From: Octopus vulgaris
Taxonomy: Eukaryota
Assembly: GCA_951406725.2 (NCBI GenBank)
Contig: OX597817.1
Span: 166,966,001-167,030,000 of the forward strand
Length of the DNA: 64,000 bases
Reading direction: 5' to 3'
Below the pieces are notes generated by a model that worked only from the letters and a program-made list of their open reading frames with translations, was not told the origin of the DNA and ran no database searches. The translations under genes were made by a program, and so were the position numbers. Of this stretch, positions 10,401 to 28,400 are shown piece by piece (within the stretch, counting starts at the first letter, position 1; the number at the start of each line of letters is the position of its first letter).

Positions 10401-13400
10401 TTTCCTCAAACATTTATCATGAAACAATTTCATGAAAAAATTTCATCAAACATTTTCACAAACATTTATCATCAAACATTTTCATCAGATATTTTCATCA
10501 GACATTTTCATCAAACATTTTCATCAAACATTTTCAAATATTTTCATGAACCATTCTCCTCAAACATTTTCATCAAGCATTTTTAAATATTTCCATCAAA
10601 CATTCAACTCAAACAATTTCATCAGACATTTTTATCAAACATTTATCATCAAGTATTTTCATCAAAAATTTTCATCAAATATTTTCATCAAACATTTTCA
10701 AATATTTTCATGAACCATTCTCCTCAAACATTTTCATCAAGCATTTTCAAACATTTTCATCAAACATTTCCATCAGACATTTTCATCAAACATTTTCATG
10801 AACGAATTTAATCAAACATTTTCATCAAACATTTTCATCAAACATTTTCAAATATTTTCATGAAACATTCTCCTCAAACAATTTCATCAAACATTTTTCA
10901 TCAAACATTTATCATCAAACATTTTCATAAAATATTTTCATCAAATATTTTCATCAAACACTTTCATTAAACAAATTCATCAAGCATTTTCATCAGACAT
11001 TTTCATCAAACATTTTCATCAAATATCTTCATCAAACATTTTCATTAAATATTTTAATCAAACATTTTCATCAAACATTTTCATCAAAAATTTTCATCAA
11101 AGATTTTCATCAAACATTTTCATCAAACATTTTCAAATATATTCATGAAACATACTCCTCAAACAATTTCATCAAACATTTTTCATCAAACATTTATCAT
11201 CAACCATTTTCATCAAATATTTTCATCAAACATTTTCATCAAACATTTTCATCAAACATTTTCATCAAACATTTATCATCAAACATTGTCATCAAATATT
11301 TTAATCAAGCATGTTCATCTGACGTTTTCATTAAATATTTTCATCAAATATTTTCATCAAACAAATTCATCAAACATTTATATCAAACATTTTCATCAAA
11401 CATTTTCATCTGACATTGTCATCAAACATTTTCATCAGACAATTTCATCATTTTCATCAAACAATTTCATCACACATTTTAATCAAACAATTTCATCAAA
11501 CATTTTCAAATATTTTCATCAAACATTCTCCTCAAACAATTTCATCAAATATTTTCATCAAACATTTTCATCAAACAATTTCATCAAACATATTCATCAA
11601 ATATTTTAATCAAACATTTACATCAAACACTTTCATTAAACAATTTCATCAAACATTTTCATCAGACATTTTCATCAAACATTTTCATCAAATATTTTCA
11701 TCAAATATTTTCATCAAATATTTTAATCAAACATTTTCATCAAACATTTTCATCAAAAATTTTCATCAAAGATTTTCATCAAACATTTTCATCAAACATT
11801 TTCATCAAACATTTTCATCAAACATTTTCATCAAACATTTTCAAATATATTCATCAAACATAATCCTCAAACAATTTCATCAAACATTTTTCATCAAAAA
11901 TTTATCATGAAACAATTTCATCAAACATTTTCATCAAACATTTTAATCAAATATTTTCATCAAACGTTTTTCCTCAAACATTTATCATGAAACAATTTCA
12001 TGAAAAATTTCATCAAACATTTTCACAAACATTTATCTTCAAACATTTTCATCAAATATTTTCATCAGACATTTTCATCAAACATTTTCATCAAGCATTT
12101 TCAAATATTTCCATCAAACATTCTCCTCAAACAATTTCATCAAACATTTTCATCAAACATTTATCATCAAACATTTTCATCAAATATTTTAATCAAACAT
12201 TTTCATCAAACACTATCATTAACCGATTTCATCAAACATTTTCATCAGACATTTTCATCAAACATTTTCATCAAATATTTTCATCAAACATTTTCATCAA
12301 ACATTTATCATCAAACATTTTCATCAAATATTTTTCAGACATTTTCATCAAACTTTTTTTCAAACATTTTCATCAGACATTTTTTATCAAACATTTTTAT
12401 CAAACATTCATTATGAAATATTTTCATGAAAAATTTTCATCAAACATTGTTCATCAGACATTTTTATCAAACATTTATCATGAAATATTTTCATAAAAAA
12501 TTTTCATCAAATATTTTCATCAAACATTTTCAAATATTTTCATGAACCGTTCTCCTCAAACATTTTCATCAAGCATTTTTAAATATTTCCATCAAACATT
12601 CAACTCAAACAATTTCATCAAACATTTTTCATCAAACATTTATCATCAAATATTTTCATCAAACATTTTCATCAAACATTTTCATCAAAAATTTTCAGAT
12701 ATATTCATCAAACATAATCCACAAACAATTTCATCAAACATTTTTCATCAAAAATTTATCATAAAACAATTTCATCAAACATTTTCATCAAAAATTTTAA
12801 TCAAATATTTTCATCAAACATTTTTCCTCAAACATTTATCATGAAACAATTTCATGAAAAAATTTCATCAAACATTTTCACAAACATTTATCATCAAACA
12901 TTTTCATCAAATATTTTCATCAGACATTTTCATCAAACATTTTCATCAAACATTTTCAAATATTTCCATCAAACATTCTCCTCAAACAATTTCTTCAAAC
13001 ATTTTTCATCAAACATTTATCATCAAACATTTTCATCAAATATTTTAATCAAACATTTTCATCAAACACTTTCATTAACCGATTTCAACAAACATTTTCA
13101 TCAGACATTTTCATCAAACATTTTCATCAAATATTTTCATCAAACATTTTCATCAAACATTTATCATCAAACATTTTCAAACATTTTTTTCAGACATTTT
13201 CATCAAACTTTTTTTCAAACATTTTCATCAGACATTTTTTGTCAAACATTTTTATCAAACATTCATCATGAAATATTTTCATGAAAAATTTTCATCAAAC
13301 ATTTTTCATCAAACATTTTTATCAAACATTTATCATGAAATATTTTCATCAAAAATTTTCATCAAATATTTTCATCAAACATTTTCAAATATATTCAAGA

Positions 13401-16400
13401 ACCATTCTCCTCAAACATTTTCATCAAGCATTTTTAAATATTTCCATCAAACATTCAACTCAAGCAATTTCATCAAACATTTTTCATCAAACATTTATCA
13501 TCAAATATTTTCATCAAACATTTTCATCAAACATTTTTATCAAACATTTTCATCAAACATTTTCATCAGACATTTTCATCAAACAATTTCATCAAACATT
13601 TTCATCAAACATTTTCATCAAACATTTTCATCAAACATTTTCAAATATGTTCATCAAACATAATCCTCAAACAATTTCATCAAATATTTTTCATCAAAAA
13701 TTTATCATGAAACAATTTCATCGAACATTTTCATCAAACATTTTAATCAAATATTTTCATCAACCATTTTTCCTCAAACATTTATCATGAAACAATTTCA
13801 TGAAAAAATTTCATCAAACATTTTCACAAACATTTATCATCAAACATTTTCATCAGATATTTTCATCAGACATTTTCATCAAACATTTTCATCAAACATT
13901 TTCAAATATTTTCATGAACCATTCTCCTCAAACATTTTCATCAAGCATTTTTAAATATTTCCATCAAACATTCAACTCAAACAATTTCATCAGACATTTT
14001 TATCAAACATTTATCATCAAGTATTTTCATCAAAAATTTTCATCAAATATTTTCATCAAACATTTTCAAATATTTTCATGAACCATTCTCCTCAAACATT
14101 TTCATCAAGCATTTTCAAACATTTTCATCAAACATTTCCATCAGACATTTTCATCAAACATTTTCATGAACGAATTTAATCAAACATTTTCATCAAACAT
14201 TTTCATCAAACATTTTCAAATATTTTCATGAAACATTCTCCTCAAACAATTTCACCAAACATTTTCATCAAACATTTTCATCAAACATTTTCATCAAACA
14301 TTTTCAAATATGTTCATCAAACATAATCCTCAAACAATTTCATCAAATATTTTTCATCAAAAATTTATCATGAAACAATTTCATCGAACATTTTCATCAA
14401 ACATTTTAATCAAATATTTTCATCAACCATTTTTCCTCAAACATTTATCATGAAACAATTTCATGAAAAAAATTTCATCAAACATTTTCACAAACATTTA
14501 TCATCAAACATTTTCATCAGATATTTTCATCAGACATTTTCATCAAACATTTTCATCAAACATTTTCAAATATTTTCATGAACCATTCTCCTCAAACATT
14601 TTCATCAAGCATTTTTAAATATTTCCATCAAACATTCAACTCAAACAATTTCATCAGACATTTTTATCAAACATTTATCATCAAGTATTTTCATCAAAAA
14701 TTTTCATCAAATATTTTCATCAAACATTTTCAAATATTTTCATGAACCATTCTCCTCAAACATTTTCATCAAGCATTTTCAAACATTTTCATCAAACATT
14801 TCCATCAGACATTTTCATCAAACATTTTCATGAACGAATTTAATCAAACATTTTCATCAAACATTTTCAAATATTTTCATGAAACATTCTCCTCAAACAA
14901 TTTCATCAAACAATTTTCATCAAACATTTATCATCAAACATTTTCATAAAATATTTTCATCAAATATTTTCATCAAACACTTTCATTAAACAAATTCATC
15001 AAGCATTTTCATCAGACATTTTCATCAAACATTTTCATCAAATATCTTCATCAAACATTTTCATTAAATATTTTAATTAAACATTTTCATCAAACATTTT
15101 CATCAAAAATTTTCATCAAAGATTTTCATCAAACATTTTCATCAAACATTTTCAAATATATTCATGAAACATACTCCTCAAACAATTTCATCAAACATTT
15201 TTCATCAAACATTTATCATCAACCATTTTCATCAAATATTTTCATCAAACATTTTCATCAAACATTTTCATCAAACATTTTCATCAAACATTTATCATCA
15301 AACATTGTCATCAAATATTTTAATCAAGCATGTTCATCTGACGTTTTCATTAAATATTTTCATCAAATATTTTCATCAAACAAATTCATCAAACATTTAC
15401 ATCAAACATTTTCATCAAACATTTTCATCTGACATTTTCATCAAACATTTTCATCAGACAATTTCATCATTTTCATCAAACAATTTCATCACACATTTTA
15501 ATCAAACAATTTCATCAAACATTTTCAAATATTTTCATCAAACATTCTCCTCAAACAATTTCATCAAATATTTTCATCAAACATTTTCATCAAACAATTT
15601 CATCAAACATTTTCATCAAACATTTTCATCAAACATTTTTCATCAAACATTTTTATCAAACATTCATCATGAAACATTTTCATCAATCGTTTTCATCAAA
15701 CATTTTCATCAAACATTTTCAGACTTTTTCATCAAACATTTTTATCAAACATTTTCATCAGACATTTTCATCAAACATTTTTATCAAACATTTTCATCAA
15801 ACATTTTCATCAAACATTTTCATCAAACATTTTCATCAAACATTTTCACCAAACATTTTCATCAAACATTTTCATCAAACATTTTCATCAAACATTTTCA
15901 AATATATTCATCAAACATAAACCTCAAACAATTTCATCAAATATTTTTCATCAAAAATTTATCATGAAACAATTTCATCGAACATTTTCATCAAACATTT
16001 TAATCAAATATTTTCATCAACCATTTTTCCTCAAACATTTATCATGAAACAATTTCATGAAAAAATTTCTTCAAACATTTTCACAAACATTTATCATCAA
16101 ACAATTTCATCAGATATTTTCATCAGACATTTTCATCAAACATTTTCATCAAACATTTTCAAATATTTTCATGAACCATTCTCCTCAAACATTTTCATCA
16201 AGCATTTTTAAATATTTCCATCAAACATTCAACTCAAACAATTTCATCAGACATTTTTATCAAACATTTATCATCAAATATTTTCATCAAAAATTTTCAT
16301 CAAATATTTTCATCAAACATTTTCAAATATTTTCATGAACCATTCTCCTCAAACATTTTCATCAAGCATTTTCAAACATTTTCATCAAACATTTTCATCA

Positions 16401-19400
16401 GACATTTTCATCAAACATTTTCATGAAACAATTTAATCAAACATTTTCATCAAACATTTTCATCAAACATTTTCAAATATTTTCATGAAACATTCTCCTC
16501 AAACAATTTCATCAAACATTTTTCATCAAACATTTATCATCAAACATTTTCATCAAATATTTTCATCAAATATTTTCATCAAACACTTTCATTAAACAAA
16601 TTCATCAAACATTTTCATCAGACATTTTCATCAAACATTTTCATCAAATATCTTCATCAAACATTTTCATTAAATATTTTAATCAAACATTTTCATCAAA
16701 CATTTTCATCAAAAATTTTCATCAAAGATTTTCATCAAACATTTTCATCAAACATTTTCAAATATATTCATGAAACATACTCCTCAAACAATTTCATCAA
16801 ACATTTATCATCAACCATTTTCATCAAATATTTTCATCAAACATTTTCATCAAACATTTTCATCAAACATTTTCATCAAACATTTTCATCAAACATTTAT
16901 CATCAAACATTGTCATCAAATATTTTAATCCAGCATGTTCATCAAACATTTTCATTAAACATTTTCATCAAATATTTTCATCAAACAAATTCATCAAACA
17001 TTTACATCAAACATTTTCATCAAACATTTTCATCTGACATTTTCATCAAACATTTTCATCAGACAATTTCATCATTTTCATCAAACAATTTCATCACATT
17101 TTAATCAAACAATTTCATCATTTTCAAATAATTTCATCAAACATTCTCCTCTAACAATTTCATCAAATATTTTCATCAAACATTTTCATCAAACAATTTC
17201 ATCAAACATTTTCATGAAACATTTTCATCAAACATTTTCATCAAACATTTTTATCAAACATTCATCATGAACCATTTTCATCAATCGTTTTCATCAAACA
17301 TTTTCATCAAACATTTCCATCAAACATTTTCATCAGACATTTTCATCAGACATTTTTATCAAACATTTTAGGACAATTTCATCAAACATTTTCAAATATT
17401 TTCATCAAACATTCTCCTCAAACAATTTCATCAAACATTTTCATGAAACATTTTCATCAAACATTTTTCATCAAACATTTTTATCAAACATTCATCATGA
17501 AACATTTTCAACAATCGTTTTCATCAAACATTTTCATCAAACATTTTCAGACTTTTTCATCAAACATTTTTATCAAACATTTTCATCAGACATTTTCATC
17601 AAACATTTTCATCATACATTTTTCATCAGACATTTTCATCAAACATTTTTCATCAGACATTTTTATCAAACATTTATCATGAAATATTTTCATCAAAAAT
17701 TTTCATCAAACATTTTCATCAAACATTTTCAAACATTTTCATCAAATATTTTCATCAGACATTTTCATCAAACATTTTTATCAAACATTTTCATCAAACA
17801 TTTTTATCACACATTTTCATCAAACAATTTCATCAAACATTTTTATCAAACATTTTCATCAAACAATTTCATCACACATTTTCATCAAACATTTTTATCA
17901 AACATTTTCATCAAACATTTTCATCAAACATTTTCATCAAACATTTTCATCACACATTTTCATCAAACAATTTCATCAAACATTTTTATCAAACATTTTC
18001 ATCAAACATTTTCATCACACATTTTCATCAAACAATTTCATCAAACATTTTCATCAAACATTTTCATCAAACATTTTCATCAGACATTTTCATCAAACAA
18101 TTTCATCAAACATTTTCATCAAACATTTTTCATCAAACATTTTCATCAAATTTTCATCAAACATTTTCATCAGACATTTTTTTGTCAAACATTTTTATCA
18201 AACATTCATCATGAAATATTTTCATGAAAAATTTTCATCAAACATTTTTCATCAGACATTTTTATCAAACATTTATCATGAAATATTTTCATCAAAAATT
18301 TTCATCAAATATTTTCATCAAACATTTTCAAATATTTTCATGAAACATTCTCCTCAAACAATTTCATCAAGCATTTTTCATCAAACATTTATCATGAAAC
18401 ATTTTCATCAAATATTTTCATCAAATATTTTCATCAAACACTTTCATTAAACAAATTCATCAAACATTTTCATCAGACATTTTCATGAAACATTTTCATC
18501 AAATATCTTCATCAAACATTTTCATTAAATATTTTAATCAAACATTTTCATCAAACATTTTCATCAAAAATTTTCATCAAAGATTTTCATCAAACATTTT
18601 CATCAAACATTTTCAAATATATTCATGAAACATACTCCTCAAACAATTTCATCAAACATTTATCATCAAACATTTTCATCAAATATTTTCATCAAACATT
18701 TTCATCAAACATTTTCATCAAACATTTTCATCAAACATTTTCATCAAACATTTATCATCAAACATTGTCATCAAATATTTTAATCCAAACATGTTCATCA
18801 AACATTTTCATTAAACATTTTCATCAAATATTTTCATCAAACAAATTCATCAAACATTTTCATCAAACATTTTCATCAAACATTTTCATCAAACATTTCA
18901 TCAAACATTTTCATCAACATTTATCATCAAACATTTTCACCAAACGTTTTCATCAAACATTTTCATCAAACATTTTCATCAAACTTTTATCATCAAGCAT
19001 TTTCCTCAAACGTTTTTATCAAACATTTTCATGAAACATTTTCATCAAATATTTTTCATCAAACATTTTCATCAAACATTTTCATCAAACATTTTTATCA
19101 TGAAACATTTTCATCAAACATTTTCATCAAACATTTATCATCAAACATTCTCCTCAAATATTTTCATTAAACATTTTCATCAAATAATCATCATCAAACA
19201 TTTTCATCAGACATTATCATCTCAGATTTTCATGAAACATTACTATCAAACAGTATCATCGAACATATTCATAAAACATTTATCTTCAAACATTAATCCT
19301 CAAACATTTATCATCAAACATTTTCATCAAACATTTTTATCATGAAACATTTTTATCAAACATTTTCATCAAACATTTATCATCAAACATTCTCTTCAAA

Positions 19401-22400
19401 TATTTTCATCAAAAAATTTCCATCAAACAATTATCATCAAACATTTTTCATCATATATTTATCATCAAACATTTTCATCAAACATTTTCATCAAATATGT
19501 TTCATTAAACATTTATCACCAAACATTTTCATCAAACATTTTCACAAAACGTTTTCATGAAACATTTTCATCAAACATTTTCATCAAACTTTTATCATCA
19601 AGCATTTTCCTCAAAAGTTTTCAGCAAACATTTTCATGAAACATTTTCATCAAATATTTTTCATTAAACATTTTCATCAAACAATTATCATCAAACAATT
19701 ATCATCAAACATTTTCATCAGACATTATCATCTTAGATTTTCATGAAACATTTTCCATCAAACATTATCATCGAACATATTCATAAAACATTTATCATCA
19801 AACATTTTTATCCTCAAACATTTATCATCAAACATTTTCATCAAACATTTTTATCATGAAACATTTTCATCAAACATTTTCATCAAACATTTTCATCATC
19901 GAACATTTTCATCAAACATTTTCATCAAACATTTTCATCAAACATTTATTATCAAACATTTCCATCAAACATTTATCATCAAACATTTTCATCAAACATT
20001 TTCATCAAACATTTTTCATCAAACATTTATCATCAAACATTTTCATCAAACACTTTCATGAAACATTTTCATCAAACATTTTTCATCATATATTTATCAT
20101 CAAACATTTTCATCAAACGTTTTCATCAAACATTTATCATGAAACATTTTCATCAAATTTTTTTCATNNNNNNNNNNNNNNNNNNNNNNNNNNNNNNNNN
20201 NNNNNNNNNNNNNNNNNNNNNNNNNNNNNNNNNNNNNNNNNNNNNNNNNNNNNNNNNNNNNNNNNNNCATCAAGCATATTCATCAATCATTTTCATCAAA
20301 CATTTTCATCAAACATGTTCATCAAACATTTTTTATCGAACATTTTTATCAAACATTTAACATGAAACATTTTCATCAAACATTTTCATCAAACATTTTC
20401 ATCAAACATTTTCAGACATTTTCATCAAACTTTTTCAAACATTTTCATCTGAACATTTTTATCAAACATTTTTATCAAACATTTCATGAAACATTTTCAT
20501 CAAACATTTTCATCAAACATTTTCATCAAATATTTTTATCAAACATTCATCATGAAACATTTTCATCAAACATTTTCATCAAACATTTTTTCATCAAACA
20601 TTCTCCTCAAACAATTTATTCAAACATTTTCATCCAACCTTTTCATCAAACATTTTAAATAAGACATTTTCATGAAACATTTTCAGACATTTTCATCAAC
20701 CATTTTTATCAAACATTTTCATCAGTCATTTTCATCAAACATTTTCATCAAACATTTTTCATCAGACATTTTCATCAAACATTTTTCATCAGACATATTT
20801 ATCAAACATTTATCATGAAATATTTTCATCAAAAATTTTCATCAAACATTTTCAGAAACATTTTCATCAACATTTATCATCAAACATTTTCATCAAAATT
20901 TTCATCAAACATTTATCATGAAACATTTTCATCAAACATTTCATCAAACATTTTCATCAAACATTTTCATGAAACATTTTCAACATTTTCATCAACATTT
21001 TCATCAAACATTTTCATCAAACATTTTCATCAAACATTTTCATCAAACATTTTTTCACACAAACATTTTCATCAAACATTTTTATCAAATATTTTCATCA
21101 GACATTATCATCAAACATTTTCATCAAACATTTTCATCATATCAAACATTTTCATGAAACATTTTCACCAATCATTTTCAGACATTTTCATCAAACATTT
21201 TTATCAAACATTTTCATCAGTCATTATCATCAAACATTTTCATCATATCAAACATTTTCATCAAACATTTTCACCAAACATTTTCAGACATTTTTATCAA
21301 ACATTTTTATCAAACATTTTCATCAGTCATTTTCATCAAACATTTTCATCAAACATTTTTCATCATACATTTTCATCAAACATTTTTCATCAGACATATT
21401 TATCAAACATTTATCATGAAATATTTTCATCAAACATTTTCATCAAACATTTTCATCAAACATTTTCATCAAACATTTTCATCAGACATTTTCAGAAATT
21501 TTCATCAAACATTTTCATGAAACATTTTCATCAAACATTTCATCAAACATTTTCATCAGACATTTTTATGAAACATTTTCAGACATTTTCATCAAACATT
21601 TTCATCAAACATTTTCATCAAACATATTCATCAAACATTTTCATCAAACATTTTCATCAATTTTCAACCTTTATCATGAAACATTTTCATCAAACATTTC
21701 ATCAGACATTATCATCAAACATTTTCATCAAACATTTTCATCATATCAAACATTTTCATGAAACATTTTCATCAACAATTACATCAAACATTTTCATCAA
21801 ACATTTTCATCAAACATTTTAATCACACATTTTCATCATTTTCATCAAATATTTTCATCAAACATTTTCATCAAACATTTTCATCAACCAATTTCACCAA
21901 ACATTTTCATCAAACATTTTCATCACACATTTTCATCAAACATTTTCAAATTTTTTCATCAAACATTCTCATCAAACAATTTATTCAAACATTTTCATCC
22001 AACCTTTTCATCAAACATTTTAAATAAGACATTTTCATCAAACATTTTCAACAGACATTTTTATCAAACATTTTCATAAAACATTTTCAACATTTCCATC
22101 AAACATTTTCATCAAACATTTTCATCAAACATTTTCATCAGACATTTTCATCAAACATTTTCAAACATTTTCAAACATTTTCATCAAACATTTTCATCAA
22201 ACATTTTTATCAAACATTTTCATCAAACATTTTCATCAGACATTTTCATCAAATAATTTCATCAAACATATTCATCAATCATTTTCATCAAACATTTTCA
22301 TCAAACATGTTCATCAAATATTTTTTATCAAACATTTTCATCAAACATTTAACATGAAACATTTTCATCAAACATTTTCATCAAACATTTTCATCAAACA

Positions 22401-25400
22401 TTTTCAGACATTTTCATCAAACTTTTTTCAAACATTTTCATCAGACATTTTTATCAAACATTTTTATCAAACATTCATCATGAAACATTTTTATGAAACA
22501 TTTTCATCAAACATTTTCATCAAACATTTTCAGTAAACATTTTCATCAAACATTTTCATCAATCATTTTCATCAAACATTTTTTCAAACATTTTCAACCT
22601 TTATCATGAAACATTTTCATCAAACATTTTTCATCAGACATTTTCATCAAACATTTTTCATCAGACATATTTATCAAACATTTATCATGAAATATTTTCA
22701 TCAAAAATTTTCATCAAACATTTTCAGACATTTTCATCCAACATTTTCATCAGACATTTTCAGAAATTTTCATCAAACATTTATCATGAAATATTTTCAT
22801 CAAACATTTCCATCAAACATTTTCATCAGACATTTTTATGAAACATTTTCAGACATTTTCATCAGACATTTTCATCAAACATTTTCATCAAACATATTCA
22901 TCAATCATTTTCATCAAACATTTTTTCACACATTTTCAACCTTTATCATGAAACATTTTTATCAAATATTTTCATCAGACATTATCATCAAACATTTTCA
23001 TCAAACATTTTCATCATATCAAACATTTTCATGAAACATTTTCACCAATCATTTTCAGACATTTTCATCAAACATTTTTAACAAACATTTTCATCAGTCA
23101 TTATCATCAAACATTTTCATCATATCAAACATTTTCATCAAACATTTTCACCAAACATTTGCAGACATTTTCATCAAACATTTTCATCAGACATTTTCAG
23201 AAATTTTCATCAAACATTTATCATGAAATATTTTCATCAAACATTTCCATCAAACATTTTCATCAGACATTTTTATGAAACATTTTCAGACATTTTCATC
23301 AGACATTTTCATCAAACATTTTCATCAAACATATTCATCAATCATTTTCATCAAACAATTTTTCACACATTTTCAACCTTTATTATGAAACATTTTTATC
23401 AAACATTTTCATCAGACATTATCATCAAACATTTTCATCAAACATTTTCATCATATCAAACATTTTCATGAAACATTTTCATCAGACAATTACATCAAAC
23501 ATTTTCATCAAACATTTTCATCAAACATTTTAATCACACATTTTCATCATTTTCATCAAATATTTTCATCAAACATTTTCATCAAACATTTTCATCAACC
23601 AATTTCACCAAACATTTTCATCAAACATTTTCATCACACATTTTCATCAAGCATTTTCAAATTTTTTCATCAAACATTCTCCTCAAACAATTTATTCAAA
23701 CATTTTCATCCAACCTTTTCATCAAACATTTTAAATAAGACATTTTCATCAAACATTTTCAACAGACATTTTTATCAGACATTTTCATAAAACATTTTCA
23801 CACATTTCCATCAAACATTTTTCATCAAACATTTTCATCAAACATTTTCATCAGACATTTTCATCAAACATTTTTCAAACATTTTCAAACATTTTCATCA
23901 GACATTTTCATCAAACATTTTTCATCACACATTTTCATCAAGCATTTTCAAATTTTTTCATCAAACATTCTCCTCAAACAATTTATTCAAACATTTTCAT
24001 CCAACCTTTTCATCAAACATTTTAAATAAGACATTTTCATCAAACATTTTCAACAGACATTTTTATCAGACATTTTCATAAAACATTTTCACACATTTCC
24101 ATCAAACATTTTTCATCAAACATTTTCATCAAACATTTTCATCAGACATTTTCATCAAACATTTTTCAAACATTTTCAAACATTTGTCATGAAATATTTT
24201 CATCAAAAATTTTCATCAAACATTTTCATCAAACATTTTCAGACATTTTCATCAAACATTTTCAACAGACATTTTCAGAAATTTTCATCAGACATTTATC
24301 ATGAAACATTTTCATCAAACATATACATCAAACATTTTCATCAAACATTTTCATCAAACATTTTTCATCAAACATTAATCATCAAACATTGTCATCAAAT
24401 ATTTTAATCAAACATGTTCATCAAACATTTTCATTAAACATTTTCATCAAATATATTTCATCAAATATTTTCATCAAACATTTTCATCAGACATTTTCAT
24501 TAAACATTTTCATCAAACATTTTCATCAGACATTTTCATCAAATATTTTCATCAAACAATTTCATCAAACATTTTCATCAAATATTTTCATCAAACATTT
24601 TCAGCAACCAATTTCATCATTTTCATCAAACAATTTCATCAAACATTTTAATCAAACAATTTCATCAAAAATTTTCATCAAACATTTTCATCAGACATTT
24701 TCATCATTTTCATCAACCAATTTCATCATACATTTTCATCAAACATTATCATCACACATTTTCATCAAGCATTTTCAAATTTTTTCATCAAACATTCTCC
24801 TCAAACAATTTATTCAAACATTTTCATCCAACCTTTTCATCAGACATTTTTATCAGACATTTTCATCAAACATTTTCACACATTTTCATCAAACATTTTT
24901 CATCAAACATTTTCATCAGACATTTTCATCAAACATTTTTCATCAAACATTTTCATCAAACATTTTCATCAGACATTTTCATCAAATAAATTCATCAAGC
25001 ATATTCATCAATCATTTTCATCAAACATTTTCATCAAACATGTTCATCAAACATTTTTTATCGAACATTTTTATCAAACATTTAACATGAAACATTTTCA
25101 TCAAACATTTTCATCAAACATTTTCATCAAACATTTTCAGACATTTTCATCAAACTTTTTTTCAAACATTTTCATCTGACATTTTTTATCAAACATTTTT
25201 ATCAAACATTCATCATGAAACATTTTCATGAAACATTTTCATCAAACATTTCTCATCAAATATTTTTATCAAACATTCATCATGAAACATTTTCATCAAT
25301 CGTTTTCATCAAACATTTTTTCATCAAACATTCTCCTCAAACAATTTATTCAAACATTTTCATCCAACCTTTTCATCAAACATTTTAAATAAGACATTTT

Positions 25401-28400
25401 CATGAAACATTTTCAGACATTTTCATCAACCATTTTTATCAAACATTTTCATCAGTCATTTTCATCAAACATTTTCATCAAACATTTTTCATCAGACATT
25501 TTCATCAAACATTTTTCATCAGACATATTTATCAAACATTTATCATGAAATATTTTCATCAAAAATTTTCATCAAACATTTTCAGACATTTTCATCCAAC
25601 ATTTTCATCAGACATTTTCAGAAATTTTCATCAAACATTTATCATGAAATATTTTCATCAAACATTTCCATCAAACATTTTCATCAGACATTTTTATGAA
25701 ACATTTTCAGACATTTTCATCAGACATTTTCATCAAACATTTTCATCAAACATATTCATCAATCATTTTCATCAAACATTTTTTCACACATTTTCAACCT
25801 TTATCATGAAACATTTTTATCAAATATTTTCATCAGACATTATCATCAAACATTTTCATCAAACATTTTCATCATATCAAACATTTTCATGAAACATTTT
25901 CACCAATCATTTTCAGACATTTTCATCAAACATTTTTATCAAACATTTTCATCAGTCATTATCATCAAACATTTTCATCATTTCATCAAACATTTTCATC
26001 AAACATTTTCACCAAACATTTTCAGACATTTTTATCAAACATTTTTATCAAACATTTTCATCAGTCATTTTCATCAAACATTTTCATCAAACATTTTTCA
26101 TCAGACATTTTCATCAAACATTTTTCATCAGACATATTTATCAAACATTTATCATGAAATATTTTCATCAAAAATTTTCATCAAATATTTTCTGACATTT
26201 TCATCAAACATTTTCATCAGACATTTTCAGAAATTTTCAAACATTTATCATGAAATATTTTCATCAAACATTTCCATCAAACATTTTCATCAGACATTTT
26301 TATGAAACATTTTCAGACATTTTCATCAGACATTTTCATCAAACATTTTCATCAAACATATTCATCAATCATTTTCATCAAACATTTTTTCACACATTTT
26401 CAACCTTTATCATGAAACATTTTTATCAAACATTTCATTCAGACATTATCATCAAACATTTTCATCAAACATTTTCATCATATCAAACATTTTCATGAAA
26501 CATTTTCATCAGACAATTACATCAAACATTTTCATCAAACATTTTCATCAAACATTTTAATCACACATTTTCATCATTTTCATCAAATATTTTCATCAAA
26601 CATTTTCATCAAACATTTTCATCAACCAATTTCACCAAACATTTTCATCAAACATTTTCATCACACATTTTCATCAAGCATTTTCAAATTTTTTCATCAA
26701 ACATTCTCCTCAAACAATTTATTCAAACATTTTCATCCAACCTTTTCATCAAACATTTTAAATAAGACATTTTCATAAACATTTTCAACAGACATTTTTA
26801 TCAGACATTTTCATAAAACATTTTCACACATTTCCATCAAACATTTTTCATCAAACATTTTCATCAAACATTTTCATCAGACATTTTCATCAAACATTTT
26901 CCAAACATTTTCAAACATTTTCATCAAACATTTTCATCAAACATTTTTAGTCAAACATTTTCATCAAACATTTTCATCAGACATTTTCATCAAATAATTT
27001 CATCAAGCATATTCATCAATCATTTTCATCAAACATTTTCATCAAACATGTTCATCAAATATTTTTTATCAAACATTTTCATCAAACATTTAACATGAAA
27101 CATTTTCATCAAACATTTTCATCAAACATTTTCATCAAACATTTTCAGACATTTTCATCAAACTTTTTTCAAACATTTTCATCAGACATTTTTTATCAAA
27201 CATTTTTATCAAAGATTCATCATGAAACATTTTTATGAAACATTTTCAGACATTTTCATCAAACATTTTCAGTAAACATTTTCATCAAACATATTCATCA
27301 ATCATTTTCATCAAACATTTTTTCACACATTTTCAACCTTTATCATGAAACATTTTTATCAAACATTTTCATCAGACATTATCATCAAACATTTTCATCA
27401 AACATTTTCATCATATCAAACATTTTCATGAAACATTTTCATCAGACAATTTCATCAAACATTTTCATCAAACATTTTAATCACATATTTTCATCATTTT
27501 CATCAAATATTTTCATCAAACATTTTTATCAAACATTTTCATCAACCAATTTCATCAAACATTTTCATCAAACATTTTCATCACACATTTTCATCAAGCA
27601 TTTTCAAATTTTTTCATCAAACATTCTTTTCAAACAATTTATTCAAACATTTTAATCACACATTTTCATTAAACATTTTTCATCAAATATTTTTAACAAA
27701 CATTCATCATGAACCATTTTCATCAATCGTTTTCATCAAACATTTTCATCAAACATTTTCCGACTTTTTCATCAAACATTTTTATCAAACATTTTCATCA
27801 GACATTTTCATCAAACATTTTCATCAAACATTTCCAACAAATATTTTCATCAAACATTTCCATCAAATATTTTCATCAAACATTTTTCATCAAACATTTA
27901 TCATAAAACAATTTCATGAAACAAATTCATCAAACATTTTCATCAAACATTTATCATCAAACATATTCATCAAATATTTTCATCAAACATTTTCATCAAA
28001 CATTTTCATCAAACATTTTCAGTCTTTTTCATCAAACATTTTTATCAAACATTTTCATCAGACATATTCATCAAACATTTTCATCAAACATTTTTCATCA
28101 GACATTTTCATCAAACATTTTTCATCAGAGATTTTTATCAAACATTTATCATGAAATATTTTCATCAAAAATTTTCATCAAACATTTTCATCAAATATTT
28201 TCATACATTTTCATCAAACATTTTCATCAGACATTTTCAGAAATTTTCATCAAACATTTATCATGAAACATTTTCATCAAACATTTCCATCAAACATTTT
28301 CATCAGACATTTTCATCAGACATTTTTATCAAACATTTTCAGACAATTTCATCAGACATTTTCATCAAACATATTCATCAATCATTTTCATCAAACATTT